NCBI GenBank assembly: GCA_964016885.1
Contig: OZ024740.1
Coordinates: forward strand, 383,966,001-384,030,000
Direction: 5' to 3'
Source: Eledone cirrhosa
Taxonomy: Eukaryota
DNA: 64,000 nt
Made by a program: the position numbers and the translations under genes. Shown here piece by piece: positions 11,165-27,159 of the stretch. The notes beneath the pieces were generated by a model, which was not told where the DNA came from, searched no databases, and was given only the letters and a program-made list of their open reading frames with translations. Each line of letters starts with the position of its first letter. The first letter of the stretch is position 1.

Positions 11165-12845
11165 TGAAGCCTGTTTCAGAAGAGGGTTATTGGAGGACAA
11201 TTCTCAGTGGGATGACACAATATCAGAAGCTGGTGTTTCCCGACGTCCTGCAAGTCTCCGGGCATTTTTTTGCTGTACTAATAAAAATGTGTGAGGTTAT
11301 CAATGCAGTTAGTCTATAGGAAAAATACAAAGATAATATATAAGAGATATCTTATCCAAACCTAAATATTCAATTCACCGATGAAATTTACAAGCAAGCA
11401 TTGATTGAAATAGAAAGCAAAATCATCCACGTGTGCGGTCAAGATTTGAAGTCTTTGGGCTTACCTCAGTACCTCAAGGTAACAAGAACTGGCTATCGCA
11501 TGAAGTTCTAAGAGAAACGTCCTATGATATAAACAAATTAAAATGTTATCTTCAACAAAAATGAGCCGATGCTGTTGCCTGAACAGCGAGTTGAATATGA
11601 AATTTTGTCAGATCATATGAATAAGAAAGGAGGTACTTTTTTGCTAGACACACTAGGAGGTACAAGGAAGATATTTTTAATGTCTCTGTTGTTAGCAAAA
11701 GCTAGAGAACAAAAGAATATTGCATTGGCAGTAGCCTCCTCTAACATAGCTTCCATGCTGTTATCTGGAGGACGAAAAGCTCATTTCACATTTAAGCATG
11801 AGCGTGACATACAGAAACGTGACCATGGTATTCTCAATATTTCGAAGAATTCAAACACAGCTGGAGTAGCGCGCAGGTGGGAATTGATAGTATGGGATGA
11901 GTGTACAATGGTGCAGAAAAAAGCCTTAGACCCAGTGGACCGAATATTGAAGGATATTAGAAATATTAATATGCTAATAGGTGGAGGCACAGTGGTCCGA
12001 TCCGGTCATTCGGAAAGGCAATATGATTGGTTATATCCGAGCTTTTTTCTTTAAATCGATACTTTGGACTTCTATCAAAGTGTTGTAGCACGCTACAAAC
12101 ATGGGGGCATATATTGGTGGAGGAGAAAAATCAGAGCAGCTCGCTCACAATCTATAAATGCTTGGGGATAGAATGTTTCCTGTAGTTAACAAGGGAGCTA
12201 CTGATTTATGTCCCATAGTCACATTTGTGGAATCATTATTCCATCTCATACAAAACGTGTATCCTAATCTTGAATATCAATCCGCAAGTCACAATTGGCT
12301 CAGTGAAAGGGCTAATTGGCGTCGATAAATGCGACTGTGAAATTGGTAAATCAAGAGCTGTTAACATGAATTCCAAAGGTTTGGACGCACTATCGATCTG
12401 TTGATACTGTGGTTGAACAGCCAGAAGCTGTCAATTATCTGACAGAGTTCCCTAACTCTTTAGAACATTAAACTGTGTCTCCACATGTCCTTTATCTTAA
12501 AGGAGCACCCATCATGTTATTGGGGATTTTGGACCCACCATGGCTATGCAACGGTACACGCTTGGTTGAGAAAAATAGGTATCCACACGTGATTCAAGAC
12601 ACCATTTCAGCAGGATGCGATAGTGGAGAGAATGTGTTCGTCCCAAGAATTCCTGATGGATTTCAATTCAAAAAGACTTCGATTTCTAGTGTCTTAGTGT
12701 TGCCAAGACCATAAACAAATTAGGGCATACATATTTGGTTGATGGTTTACATTGAAGAGCCCTCCTTCAACCATGGTCAACTTTACCTTGGATGTTCAAG
12801 AGCAGGAAGTCGGAAAAATATGTACATCTATGAACCTTATGGAAA
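11165..12845 (+). pseudogene. Helitron Rep/Helicase remnant (PIF1-family helicase domain), decayed
   Basis: GLLEDNSQWDDTISEA; FLLDTLGGTRKIF (Walker A); AVASSNIASMLLSGGRKAH; LIVWDECTM; GAPIMLLGILDPPWLCNGTRL; VFVPRIP; FNHGQLYLGCSR. Confidence 0.85.
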
Positions 12846-13990
12846 AAAAACAAATGTATATATATAAATATATATATATATCAACTAGAAATTGATTGAC
12901 ATATATATATATATAAAATAAACATATATGAAACAATCACAGGGAATAATTTGTAAAAGTGTGTAAGCACATATAGGTATGTAGGTAAATAATTAAAGTT
13001 TAACTAGAACTTTAAGAATAGATACCTTATAAATGGATTTATCTTCCTTGTATATATTTCATTAAAGAAATATATTTCACCATCAATCTTTCGGTAAACC
13101 CCAGTGGCCAAAAACGGATTTTCAACAAGGAAGAAGACTTAACTATCTGTGTTTACACAACAAATCCAAATCTGCGAATGGCTAGTAGTACGTGTTGCAC
13201 TTATCAAAAATAGACACATTGTACCAGCTTCACCTCAGTTCTAGAAATAGCAGTCAAGTCCTTTCAACTGAGTTAGCTCAACAATTAAGGGGCCGTATAT
13301 ATATATTCAAAATTAAATTTAATTTAATTTAATTAAATTTAAATTTAAATATATTTATTTATCAGCCGTACTGAGAGGGAGAAATTAAATTTCATTTTTT
13401 CCATTTATCGTTTTCAGTTATTGGATTACCTGGAAAGAAACAATGCAGTTATTAATTTCTCAGCCCTAGTATCCCCCGTTCATAGTCAGTCCATGCACTT
13501 TTATCCCCCCCCCCCCCCACGTGTACATCATGAGCTAGTGTCTGTAATAGTTTAATAATTTATGTTGCACCAAAATACAGATCATAATTTCTTTAGGAAA
13601 TTAAAATAGTTAGAAATATTGATTTTCTTAACACATCCATACGAACAAAAATAGAATAAAGTCAAGTTTTTTGACCACAAGAATTTTTGCAACACCAAAG
13701 TAGCGCTGGAGCCACTTTTTTAACATAAAAACAGGTCGAATTTCCAAAACTAATCAGATCAGAGCAAACAACACGGACACTCTATCTCAAAATTATTTTT
13801 GAAAAGCATTTAGAAATGCGCAACCGGTAAAAACTTTAAAGACTTAAAACCACAACTGAATACTAACCCATACAATCACTAATACTCTTTTATTCCTAAT
13901 TAAACCATTTTTCAACTGTGAACAATTTGTCAGCATTTTCTATTCCGTTTACCAATATATAATAACTTGTGTGTTACACCTCTATTCTTT

Positions 13991-14034
<44 letters not shown>

Positions 14035-14039
14035 GAGTT

Positions 14040-17000
14040 GATATCTATAATGGTTAAGAAAAAGCAATAGAAAATGCTAATGGGATTTTGTCATAGAATA
14101 GTAGCAACGCATGTATTTACAAAAAGGGAATTTATCGTACCGGTTTGAGCCACGTGGGCTTCTCCATGCTATGATAAAATTTATAATGCGGCTAAGTTGT
14201 ATATTAATAAGAATATGATATAAAATAACATGGTTTACATACATAGATATAGAAGAGTTCAGGTTTTTGTTTATCGCTTTCTCTCTTTCTCTCCTTCTTG
14301 GCGGTGTTGGCTATAACTGCACCAGTGGTAGTGAAATTAGGTGAGGAAAACTAGCTCGTTCTATGTTCCTGGTGTTGACCTCGACTGTAGTGATAGTAGT
14401 TGTAGTAGTAGAGGATGGAGGGGGAGGAAAACCAGAAGAAATAGAAGAATTGTGATTCTTTGTTAATGCGTTGAATGTAGGAAGCGTTGTCTTTAAATTT
14501 GTAGAGTGGCAAAATTCTGAAAATGTGTTGTTCATTAGGGGCGCAGGAGGAAATGTGTTCACTCAGTGCTATTTTTCTGTATTCCTGTAGACGAAGACTG
14601 TTTTTAGTCTGTCCTATGTAGTGCTCCCGACAACCTGAGCAAGTTAACACGTATATCAGGTTTTCTGATGCGGATGTGAAATTGAATTTCACCGTAAATT
14701 GTTGCCCTTGTTTGGAGCAGAACTCTGATCATTTCTATTACGTTGACGCATACACCACAGTTGGGTCTTCCGCATTTTTTACTGTTGGTTTCATCGTTAT
14801 GATCGACTGGACTTTTGTCTGTGTTAGGATATTTTTCATCGACTTGGGATGTCTTTTGCACTTTATGATGTTATGCGTTTGAAGGATTTGGTTCATTCTT
14901 TGATCCCTTTTTACTAAAAGGATGTTCTATAGGATGGTGTCGAAGGCCTCATTTTTAAGAGGGTTGTGTGTGGAGATGTATGGAGGGGCTTTCAGTTACG
15001 ATTCATTCTTTTGTTTGGGGTGCCTAAGATCCTGGATACTGAATTTTAGGGCACGTTGGAATCCACTGTTAATTAGGGATGGTGGGTAATTCTTGCTGAT
15101 GAGTGTGTCCTTTAGTTCTTGTAGTCGTATGTAACAGGTGTTTCTATCAGAAACTATTGTACAAATCGTTTTGACTAGGTTGTAAAGGATATTCATTTTA
15201 GAGTGTCTCGTGTTGATTGGAGTCTGTGGGTTTATAGTATATATCTGTTTCTATTTTGTTGTTAGTTTTCTTAATACGGATGTCGAGGAATGGGAGTTGC
15301 TGATGGCTCTATTCCATCCTTAAATGAATGTTTCTGTTAATTCCATTTAGAAATGCTTTACATTCAATAAGTCTTTCGATACTTTCATGCCAGAGGATGA
15401 AACAATCATCTCTTCCAGTTATTTTCTGGTGTAGGTAGAAGGAGTTTCTAAATGTATCTAGTACTTTTCGGTAGAGGGTGATTTCCAGGTACCCCATAAC
15501 CAGGTTAGCATAAGAGGGGTCCCTTGTCATGCACATGGTAGTCCCAAATTTCTGACTGTATAATTTGTCAATGAATACGAAATAGTTATTCTCCGAAATA
15601 AAGTTGAGCACTTCTATTATGATTTTATTATGAAGTGGTGTGGTAGTTCGTTGGGCTAATTTTCTAGCCAAAATTGGATTGTATCTGTTCCTAGATTGTG
15701 GGAGATATTGGAATATAGGTTGACTAGATCAAAATACACTAGTATGGTTTGTTTATTATTAAGTGTTTTGGGGAGGTGGTTTGGCATATCAAAGCCGTCC
15801 CTTATGTAGCTTCTAATATGTTTCAGGAATAGTTTTAATAGGATATGTAGGAAGTGTCTGAGGCGTGGTTTTCGTAAGCGGGACCTGCTATTATAAGTTT
15901 TAATTTGAGCTAATTAGGTAAGGAGACATTGATGAATATATCTGTGCCTCCCTTGCATGCCTTACTTATTTTTTCGCTTTTATCGATGTTAGGGATACCG
16001 TAAAAAGGCTGGATTTACTTTTGAAGTAATCCTTGACGGTATGTCCTTCTCTGTAAAGTTTTATCAGAGGTTTTAGGGTACTCATTATCTTCTGTTGACT
16101 GTAGTGTTGAACCTTTTCGTAGTATTCTTCGTCTTCTAAAGTGGAGAACACTACGGTTGTATAATATTCCGTCTCCATTAGGACTACCGCACTCCCTTTA
16201 ATGGCCTCTTTGATTATTATAGTTTTATCATTCTTTAATCCGTTCAGTTCATCCCATTCTTTCTTACTGAAGATTGGCATAAGTTTTTGTATGTGTAGGT
16301 GTTGATATGGGTAATTTGTAATGTTTTCGCAGAATTGGTCGAGAATGTTATTCTTACCTTATGATGGGTGTAGTTGCTTTATTTTCTAGTTAATGATTCC
16401 TCCTCATTGTACTGGTCGTGTAGTTCCTCGCTAAATCTTAATTTTCTACAGAATTCTGCAATGTCTTCCTTCATTTCGTAGTAGTTTGGACGTTTAGGGG
16501 TCGGTGTAAATTTCAGCCCTTTGGGGAGTATGCTAATTTGGTCTGATGTTAGTTGTTTAGTGACTAAATTTATGGCTTTTATAACCTTTGGTGTCTCCTG
16601 TATATCTTGTATCATCTCGTTTCCCGGTGTCTGTGTACTGGGTCTAAAAAATGGTTATGGTAGTTGTGTCCATTGCTGATGCTGGGTTGTTTCCTGTGGT
16701 CATGTTGATGCCTCTTTTTTTAAAGGTTTGGGTTCGTGGCTGTGTGCCTTATATATCATGTGTGGTTGTGGTGTTTAAAGGACCCTTGTTTGTTGAATAT
16801 ATCGTGTGGTATGGGTATATTGTGAATGGTAGTTGAAAGTGTTTAAGAATGAACATTTCCCTGGTATCCCCTTATGGGAGGGAAGTTGTAATGTCCATCT
16901 TGGGCCTGATTTCTTAATTCTTTGTAAGTTACTGGTGTATCCGCGTAGCTTCTGCGTGGTTTAGTTAACAGGTAAGGGCTAGGAATTTCCTTCTTTTTTC

Positions 17001-17470
17001 GGTGGGGGAGAAGGTTGCACATTCTTTTGTTGGTTGTAGAGCTGTGTCTGAGTGGTGTTTAGATTTTCTTACATTTATGAACGGGTTGTTGGAAGCGTAT
17101 TTTGTTTGAAAGATTTTCCGTAGTTTAAAAAGACAAGTTCCACTTTTTCCCCAGCGTTGAAGCAGTTCAGTTCATTTTTCTTGCAATGCACTTTCCAAAG
17201 TTTTGAGAACTTCTCGAGGCTGGAGCTTTGAATCATTTTGTTAATTTCTTGGTTGAACTCTTCACCGATGGATTTTATTTTTTCCTCATTTGTCTGAGCC
17301 CTCAATTTTAGAAATTTTATTTCCGTCTTCATTTTTCCCAGTGTCATTCTTTCTCTAAGTCATCTTTGTGTCTCGGGTTCATCTATAATGGGTTTTATCT
17401 GTAGTTTGCGGTTAAGAATTAGTGGAGTCGAATTGAGCCATTTTTCGTATATCTCCTCTTTGCACCTAGA
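14040..17470 (-). mobile_element. Decayed Penelope-like element (RT + Cys-rich linker + GIY-YIG; Neptune-like linker)
   Basis: KGLKFTPTP; IIIKEAIKGSAVV (DKG motif); GTTMC...PSYANLVMGYLE; RDDCFILW; LPFLDIRI; KKCGRPNCGVC; NLIYVLTCSGCREHYIGQT. Confidence 0.9.
14129..14180 (-). ncRNA. Degenerate minimal hammerhead ribozyme in the PLE 3' pseudo-LTR
   Basis: Minus strand: UUUAUC..AUGGAGA-AGCC-CACGU-GGCU-CAAA-CCGG-UA-CGAUAAA. Stem II and palindromic stem III are recognisable; both core boxes are mutated. Confidence 0.45.
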
Positions 17471-18424
17471 AAGTTCCTGTCAAAGGCACAATGTGAGAGG
17501 AATATATTAACATTTCATATTTGCTTCAATTCAGACAACTTATGATAAATGCAACAACAACTAGGATTTTCATAAGTGACTAGGTAATTTTTTTTATTTT
17601 TACCTTTGTAAATTAGGCCAATGTGAAGCCTACATTTTTGATATTCTAGTTCTTATTTAAGGATATGTATGTCCATTCTAAATGATTATATGGCTACTAT
17701 TTCTACTGTGCCGAGAAGGCACGTAATGGCTTAGCGTATTTACATGATACGCTTTTATCTATAGACGTGTATGTACATCAATCGGTACTCTCTCTATGTG
17801 TTAGTAATATTATCTTTATTAATGAAGTGTAGCTGTTCTGTTGAATTAGATATAACACACTAAGATCCAAGCCTAATAAATCGTTTGTGTTAGGATGTAA
17901 TCATTAACCATAAGCCAAATTAATAACTTTATAATACACACAATCCTCAATGTTACGTACTTGCTGATATAGAGCAATAAAATACGACCATTAATTACAA
18001 ATACTTATTTTATCAATACTGCAATAAAAGACAAAGCAGTCTAGAGAACGACAATCTTAATACTGAGGTGCATTTAGAATGTAATATAATTTAACACCTT
18101 TTTAAAGCCAGAAATATTGGTGTGTGAAGAGTTAATTGAATAAAACCCAATATCGTAGCAATTACATCCGTTTATTGTCATTTAAAACTGAAAGGGTAAA
18201 TAGCAAAGGTAATCATTGTGGAATGATGATACTAAATATCTAAATGTTCTTCTTTTTACGATTCACAGAAATTGACACTAGTTTCAATTATAACCATGAA
18301 ATAATGCTTCCAGGCAGGAATACAATTTATGATGAAATTAGAGTATAATAAATGTAATCCATCTCATATTAAATTGTAGTATAATACTGAAGCTAGAAAT
18401 GTTGGATTAGCAGAATATTTAAAA

Positions 18425-18595
18425 TGCCGTACAAAAGATTTAGTAATATTTTGTTACAGATCTTCATGTTGAGACTTCAAATACCGGTGAAGTATACATT
18501 TCATTTTCCTAGGTCGAGAAAATAAATTACCAATCAAGTATATAGATCAATTTAACTAACTCACCTACCTCTAATATTACTACTGACCTTGTGCT
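18425..18595 (+). mobile_element. Highly degenerate Nin/Deu-core SINE
   Basis: TTTCATTTTCCTAGGTCGAGAAAATAAATTACCA and GACCTTGTGC resemble the copies at 35940 and 52970. Confidence 0.45.
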
Positions 18596-19288
18596 GGTTT
18601 GATCTTAGAGAACTGGAGAGGAAAGAAATCATACGCATTTAGACATTTAAAATAGTACTGTCACTCCACACCAAACAATTTAATGAAAAGCATCTACAAC
18701 TTTCGATGGCATTTGAAATTTCATTAAGAATTCCCTTAGATTCTAGAACTTGAAAAACGTCACGGGGTAGGCAGTCGTTATGAAAAGTAGCAATAGATGG
18801 GCAGTCGGCAAGTTAAAAGGTGGGCAGGAAATAGCTCATGCTGCAGCCTACTTTTATTCAAAGACAGGGGAGCATACATACATTATCAGTTACTATATAA
18901 ACAGAGACATATATATTATATACTAAAATTAAATGAGAAAAGATTCTAACTCTGGGAGTATGAATAAGATAAATGATTTCTTTTTTCTATCTAACTTCGC
19001 TTATATATAGATCTATATATATATATAAAAAAGAAAATTTCGCTCTACATGGCTGAATACGATAAATGTAATCTGAGTTTTTCGAATGTTAATAATAACC
19101 TTCGATTCGTTTGCAATTATACAAACAAGCCTCAATGTTATAGCCATGTCAGTGGAATCAACACTTCATTCTTGCTCTTGTGTTGGCATGCGAACAGAAC
19201 TGCAGACACTAATGTTTCATCAGTACAGATCACTGTTCACCTGCCAAACTCGAATGTTATTATTAAGATTCGAAAAACTCATATTACA

Positions 19289-19323
<35 letters not shown>

Positions 19324-19493
19324 GAATTTAAATAGAAAACATAATTTCCTCTATCTTGTTTTAACTCCCATAATCCGAGCTTCTTCTAATTTCATTTTAA
19401 TATATAATATATAGTATATATATATATGGTCCACCTCGTTACTTACCACACTTTCTTCGTTATAGATATATAGATAGATATTTTATACACGCC

Positions 19494-19609
<116 letters not shown>

Positions 19610-19612
19610 GAG

Positions 19613-20128
19613 AGTAGATGGAAATAGCACGTAAATATATTTAGGGTCTGTTTTTTTTTTTTCCTTTCTTTGATTCGTCAAATTGACATTATTGAAAAGA
19701 TGAAATTATTGAGAAAATGAGAGGGACAATTCTTTTTAAAACGAGTTTTATAATGTATTTAAAGTTGTATTATTAAAATTCATCTCATGAAATGTTGTGC
19801 ATTAAAAATAATTAATAAGAATTAAAAACTAAAAATTATAGATTTAAAATTAAGTGTTGGAGTAAGATTTTTTTCATCTTCCTTGCTCAGAAAGGGACTC
19901 CTTTATATATATATATACATTTTGAGTTAGTGTGAAAGACCAGTGGTCATTATTGACAGTCTCTAGATTGTTCGACAAAAATGTGGTTGCACTGTTTTGT
20001 TTCCAGTTATGTATTTTTTGAAAATGTTATTTATTCATTATAAAATTTAAATGATACCATTCTATCATTTAAGTGAGCCCCGTTAATCTCCTGGAAGCCA
20101 ATATTTTCAGACCCAGTCCGCCATTGTA
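19613..20128 (-). repeat. Interspersed repeat starting CAGTGGCGGACT-like (possible hAT-type non-autonomous end); left arm of an inverted pair
   Basis: Reverse complement of 21258-21816. A third, more diverged partial copy lies at 22370-22592. Confidence 0.75.
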
Positions 20129-20129
20129 T

Positions 20130-20229
<100 letters not shown>

Positions 20230-20691
20230 AGCAAGAGTTGCCTCGGCACTCTTCCTGTGAGAAAATCCCACCGAATTTCACGTTGTAACGCAGTCTAGAG
20301 ACCACCTGCATACATTCTCTGGAGGACTCACTTTCTTTCCTGCTGTCATGTGATTGCACACCTGTGAAGTTTATTTTTGAACATTTGAATTTTTTTTTCT
20401 TTAATAACTGTGTTCGATCACGTTTCCTTGCTCTTTTGGCCCTTCTTTTGATTACATTGTATCTTTGTGTGATGGATAGATAGATGTCCAGTCGTTCTCT
20501 GGCCAAGAGCGGTTGGCTACCTTGATATCTCTCATTAATTAATGCATGCTTATATTTTGCTGTTTTGCTTTTCTTGCCAACATTATTTTTTTCGTTATTT
20601 TCATGCCTGGACTTTGGTGTCACATGCTCGCCATCTTACTTCATACATGGTTCATTCGATTTTTATGTTTTAAAAATCTGGCGGGGGATAA

Positions 20692-21004
20692 TGTAGCAAG
20701 AGTTGCCTCCCTTGTTGTGACGATCACATCAACAGTAGAGTAAAGCTCTATAGACAGGAAGTGGTTGGAGTTACTTCCCGTTGTGGTTGCCCTTCCGTCC
20801 AGGGACCCCTATAAAGGAGATAACTTTCAGGTCTCTCACTCTGATTTGCCCTTTCGGCTGCTGGCCTTCGGACAGGCGCGTTCGCCGAGTCTCTACTCTC
20901 TGGCAACCCTAACATAGTCTCTTGCGAGCTCACTTCAAAACGGTAACAAATAACTTTACTTCATTCTTTATCTACTCTTGACGAGTCATCAATCCTGCAC
21001 TACA
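20692..21004 (+). mobile_element. LTR-like segment (TGTAG...CTACA) preceded by a purine-rich tract; remnant of an LTR retrotransposon probably starting at 20227
   Basis: TG..CA ends with a 5-bp inverted repeat, CCTATAAAGG TATA box, GGCGGGGGATAA immediately 5'. The first 18 bp recur at 20227-20244. No target-site duplication found. Confidence 0.5.
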
Positions 21005-21079
21005 TAACTTCAACTTGTCAATTAAACTTTATACACACAACCTAGTCTCTTGTTATATTCATACAATCCAGCATCACTG

Positions 21080-21128
<49 letters not shown>

Positions 21129-21148
21129 CGTGTGTATGTGTGTGTATG

Positions 21149-21247
<99 letters not shown>

Positions 21248-21257
21248 GCGTGTGTAT

Positions 21258-21466
21258 ACAGTGACGGACTTGGTTTGAAAATATTGGTTTCCAGGAGATT
21301 AACGGGGCTCACCTACATATAGAATGGTATCATTTTAATTTTATAATGACTAAATAACATTTTCAAAAAATACATAACTGGAAACAAAACAGTGCAACCA
21401 AATTTTTGTTGAACAATCTAGAGACTTTCAATAATGACCACTGGTCTTTCCCACTCACTCAATATG

Positions 21467-21525
<59 letters not shown>

Positions 21526-21816
21526 GAGTCCCCTTTTGAGCAAGGTAGATGGAAAAAACTTACTCCAACACCTAATTTTAAATCTATAATTTTTAGTTTT
21601 TAATTCTTATTAATTCATTTTAATGCTAATACACATTTGATGAGATGAATTTTAAGAATACAACTTTATATACTTATAAAACTCTTTGTAAAAAGAATTG
21701 TCCCTCTCAGTTTCTCAGTAATTTCATATTTTCAATAATGTGAATTTGACGAATCAAAGAAAGGAAAAAAAAGAAAAACAGACCCTATATATATTTCCGT
21801 GCTATTTCCATCTTCT
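21258..21816 (+). repeat. Right arm of the inverted pair (same family as 19613-20128)
   Basis: Colinear inverted match with scattered mismatches. Confidence 0.75.
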
Positions 21817-21823
21817 ACACACA

Positions 21824-21898
<75 letters not shown>

Positions 21899-22299
21899 TT
21901 TCTCTCTCTCTCTTTCTCTCTCTATCTCTATATCTCTCCATACACACACACACATAAATATATATCTAATGAAAATTAATACTCATAAACGTACTTTCAA
22001 TATTTTCAATGCAAACGGATGTGGTGTCGTTCATGCCTTTCTTAATGTTATTACTCCGACATCAGGTCAATTTCTAAATCATTTGGGTGATCATAAACTA
22101 CATATTCGTTTTGTTTCTCATCCATCTAGACTATATTTTAACCTGTAATCAATGTTTCATTTATGTTCCAAATCATTCCCCTTATCTCTTTCTCTCTCTC
22201 TCTTTCTTTCTGTCTGTGATTTCTGCTTATCTTATTCATATATATATATGTATTTGCATGTCAGTTAGATTCAAACTTACAATGGTTGGCATTATATAT

Positions 22300-22372
<73 letters not shown>

Positions 22373-22745
22373 ATGGGCACTAGGTCTTAAATTATTGTTT
22401 GCCAGGAGATGAAGGGGCGCACCTAAATATAGAATGCTATCATTTACTTTTCATAATGAATAAATAACATTTTCAAAAATTAAATAATTTTGAAACAAAA
22501 TAGTAAATCAAATATTTGCTGGAAAGTATATGTAATTTGCGAAACCATAGACTTTCAGCAAAGATCGTTGGCCTTTCACACTCACTCAATATAACAGTTG
22601 ATCTCTGCCCTTAGAGGTAAACATTTTTACCCAACGCCGCTCTGGCGGCATTCTGCCGTTCTAACAATTTCCATACGCCGAGTTTTTCCCATTTCCCTGA
22701 GAATCCTTATAACCTCGCCTCTGAGAAGTATATTTTCGACTGAAC

Positions 22746-24034
<1,289 letters not shown>

Positions 24035-24066
24035 AATATATATGTATATATATATGTATGTATATA

Positions 24067-24097
<31 letters not shown>

Positions 24098-24278
24098 GTA
24101 GATAAATCTACCAAGAGTTTACGGTAGTGTCCAATCCGTATGAAGAACTCAATGTATTCCGGATATCATGGAAAGAAGAGATGTAATGAAAATCCAATTT
24201 CGGTGAAAGATAAATGGTATACAGAGTCAAGATAAAATATTAAACAAATAATGAACAAACAATTCCTTATATTAAACA

Positions 24279-24422
<144 letters not shown>

Positions 24423-24446
24423 TATATATATATGTATGTATATATA

Positions 24447-24514
<68 letters not shown>

Positions 24515-24706
24515 TAAATCTACCAAAAGTTTACGGTAGTGTCCAATCCGTATGAAGAACTCAATGTAATCAGCATATCATGGAAAGAAGAGATGCATTC
24601 AAAAATCACTTTCGGTGAAAGATAAACGGAATACAGAGTCAAGATAAAATATTAAAAAAATAATGAATAAAACAATGAAACAGTTCCTTATATTAAACAA
24701 AAAAAG

Positions 24707-24849
24707 TTCATTATTTAACGATCGTTTCTAGGACATATATGTGTTAGAATTGGCATGCATATTCAAAAGATCTATGTACAAAATTATACAAACTATCAAA
24801 TAGAATATACATACCATCACATATATATGCTGTCTTCAGAAATAATGAA
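24707..24849 (-). ncRNA. Type I hammerhead ribozyme with long stem II (inverted pseudo-LTR copy)
   Basis: Reverse complement of 30789-30931. Confidence 0.75.
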
Positions 24850-25131
24850 GTATATGTATTGATAATAACAACAATTCAAAATTACAGGTCTGTTTGTGAA
24901 CAGATTTTAAATAGACCAATGAAATACATAAAAATTCATCAAGAAAATACAGTTAGGTGTGTGTATATATGTAAGTAACTGCGTTCACAGATAAGCATAA
25001 AAATGTATGTTCACATGCATACGCATGTCAAAAAAAGTGTATGTAAATATAAAAATATAAAAATTCAGGGCTAATGTCTCTGTATGTCTATAATCCACAG
25101 ACAAAATATACATACATATACATATATATAT

Positions 25132-25738
25132 GGTGGCTGCCAACTCGTTTTCGAGTACGGCCACTACTTTATATCCATGTAGGATAACCCCTACCGAAGC
25201 GCTGAACGAGTGTGACTTTTTAGTCCAGCCAGCGACTTGAAACCTCTGGTACAAACACTACACTTGTGACAATTATTGACACATAGTGCTGGGCCCATGG
25301 TACCATGTGAGGACAAGTGCAGAGAGATTTCCAGATATAAAGCAATGCCTGTGCCGTGAAGCTTTTATTGTGAGCAAAGGCACTGCACAAAGCCAGTCCC
25401 ACTCTCTTAACCAAGATGATATTTACCAAACAGAAGAACAAGTCAACATCATTGGATACCATCAGGGTTGCAGGTGTTATATCAGAGTTTTTCTTCTCTT
25501 AGAATTCTGCCTTGACAAAGGCTAAAGGGTCATCTCTCCCGGTGATTTTGGATGGCCATTGACTCTTAAGAGCTCCTTTGCCCTTTGACAGGTTTTGTTT
25601 TTAGTCCTGCAGGATGTCCAAAGTCACCCTCCTCACCAAGAAACCTTGGTGGGGTTGCCAGTTTAGTCGCCAACGACCCGACCATGAGACAGGTTGTACT
25701 GGGATACATGTTACCAGTAGCACCAACTGGTGACCTGG
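25132..25738 (-). mobile_element. Non-autonomous RTE-derived element (5'UTR-like part + 3' zinc-finger tail) inserted in the left arm only
   Basis: Absent from the right arm (~30515). CATATATATAT is duplicated at 25121-25131 and 25739-25749. The 3' part encodes CHKCSVCTRGFKSLAGLKSHTRS. A diverged relative lies at 31245-31513 (+). Confidence 0.7.
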
Positions 25739-25876
25739 CATATATATATACACACATATATACATACATATACATCCATATACATATATATATACACACA
25801 TATATACACACATATATATACATTCATACACACACACGCATATATACATAAACAGACACATATCTACGAACACACA

Positions 25877-25908
<32 letters not shown>

Positions 25909-26183
25909 TACGTATATATTATTATTATAACTATATGGATATTGAGGCGCACACATAAACAGGGCCACACACACACTTACATCTAGATGCAGAATTAAAA
26001 GGAGGTAAGGGAGTAAGTAATTAAGGAGAGTGTCAGACTCAGCATATTTATAAAAATGTATCTATAAATTTAATAAAAGAAATATAATAAAAACATAAAA
26101 AAACATAAAAGAGAGACATAAAATATACATGCTTATATACATACACACATTTACACATCCATACGTTCGATACACGCCTACAT

Positions 26184-26236
<53 letters not shown>

Positions 26237-26423
26237 TATATACACACATATATATACATACATATATATACACACACACACATACATATACGTATATATA
26301 CATACACACACATACCCATGTATATATACACACAACCACACACTCACACACACTCATACATATATAAATATAGAGACATACATACACATATATATATATA
26401 TATACACATATATATATATATAT

Positions 26424-26460
<37 letters not shown>

Positions 26461-26558
26461 AAATAAATAAATACACACAGTCAGACAGTTATGCATATAT
26501 ATACACATACATACACACATCTCTACAAATACATATACATACACATACATACATACAC

Positions 26559-26624
<66 letters not shown>

Positions 26625-27159
26625 TCATACATACTTATTTACATGCGCACATATGTATTTTTATACTCACATACAAACACACAAACATACATACATACTT
26701 ACATACACATACATACATCCACGCTTATAAATACGAATAATTATGGGGGGGGAGGAAAGGGGATTAAAATTATTAGTGTGAAATAGTAAATATAGGTTTC
26801 AAGGAACATATAATATTAATCTGCATTTAAATCATAATATGTGTTTACATAGTAGTGTCAGTATTAGGAAATGGTATCTGTAAGAAAGAAGGCTAAATTA
26901 TGCATTTTAATATAAGTAGACTATTAATTATAGGTTAATTAAAGTAAAAAAAGGTAATATATTAATTTCTAAGGTGTATACTACTTAGGTTTATAATATT
27001 TAAAGCGGAAGTTTGAAGTTAAACAGTAATAGAGTAATTATAGCGTAACTAAATTAAAAATATTAACATGATGGTATCAATTTTAGGAAATGAATTTTGT
27101 AATAGGGAAAGCCAAATCAAGTATTTCATCGGTAGTAGAATATTAATTATAGGTTAACT

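Noticed and set aside
13240-13260. CTAGAAATAGCA resembling an sgRNA/tracrRNA scaffold
   Set aside because: A 12-nt coincidence; related ATAGCAGCCAA motifs at ~54806 and ~55808 point to a host repeat.
14273-14300. ATCGCTT start resembling U2 snRNA
   Set aside because: Similarity ends after 7 nt.
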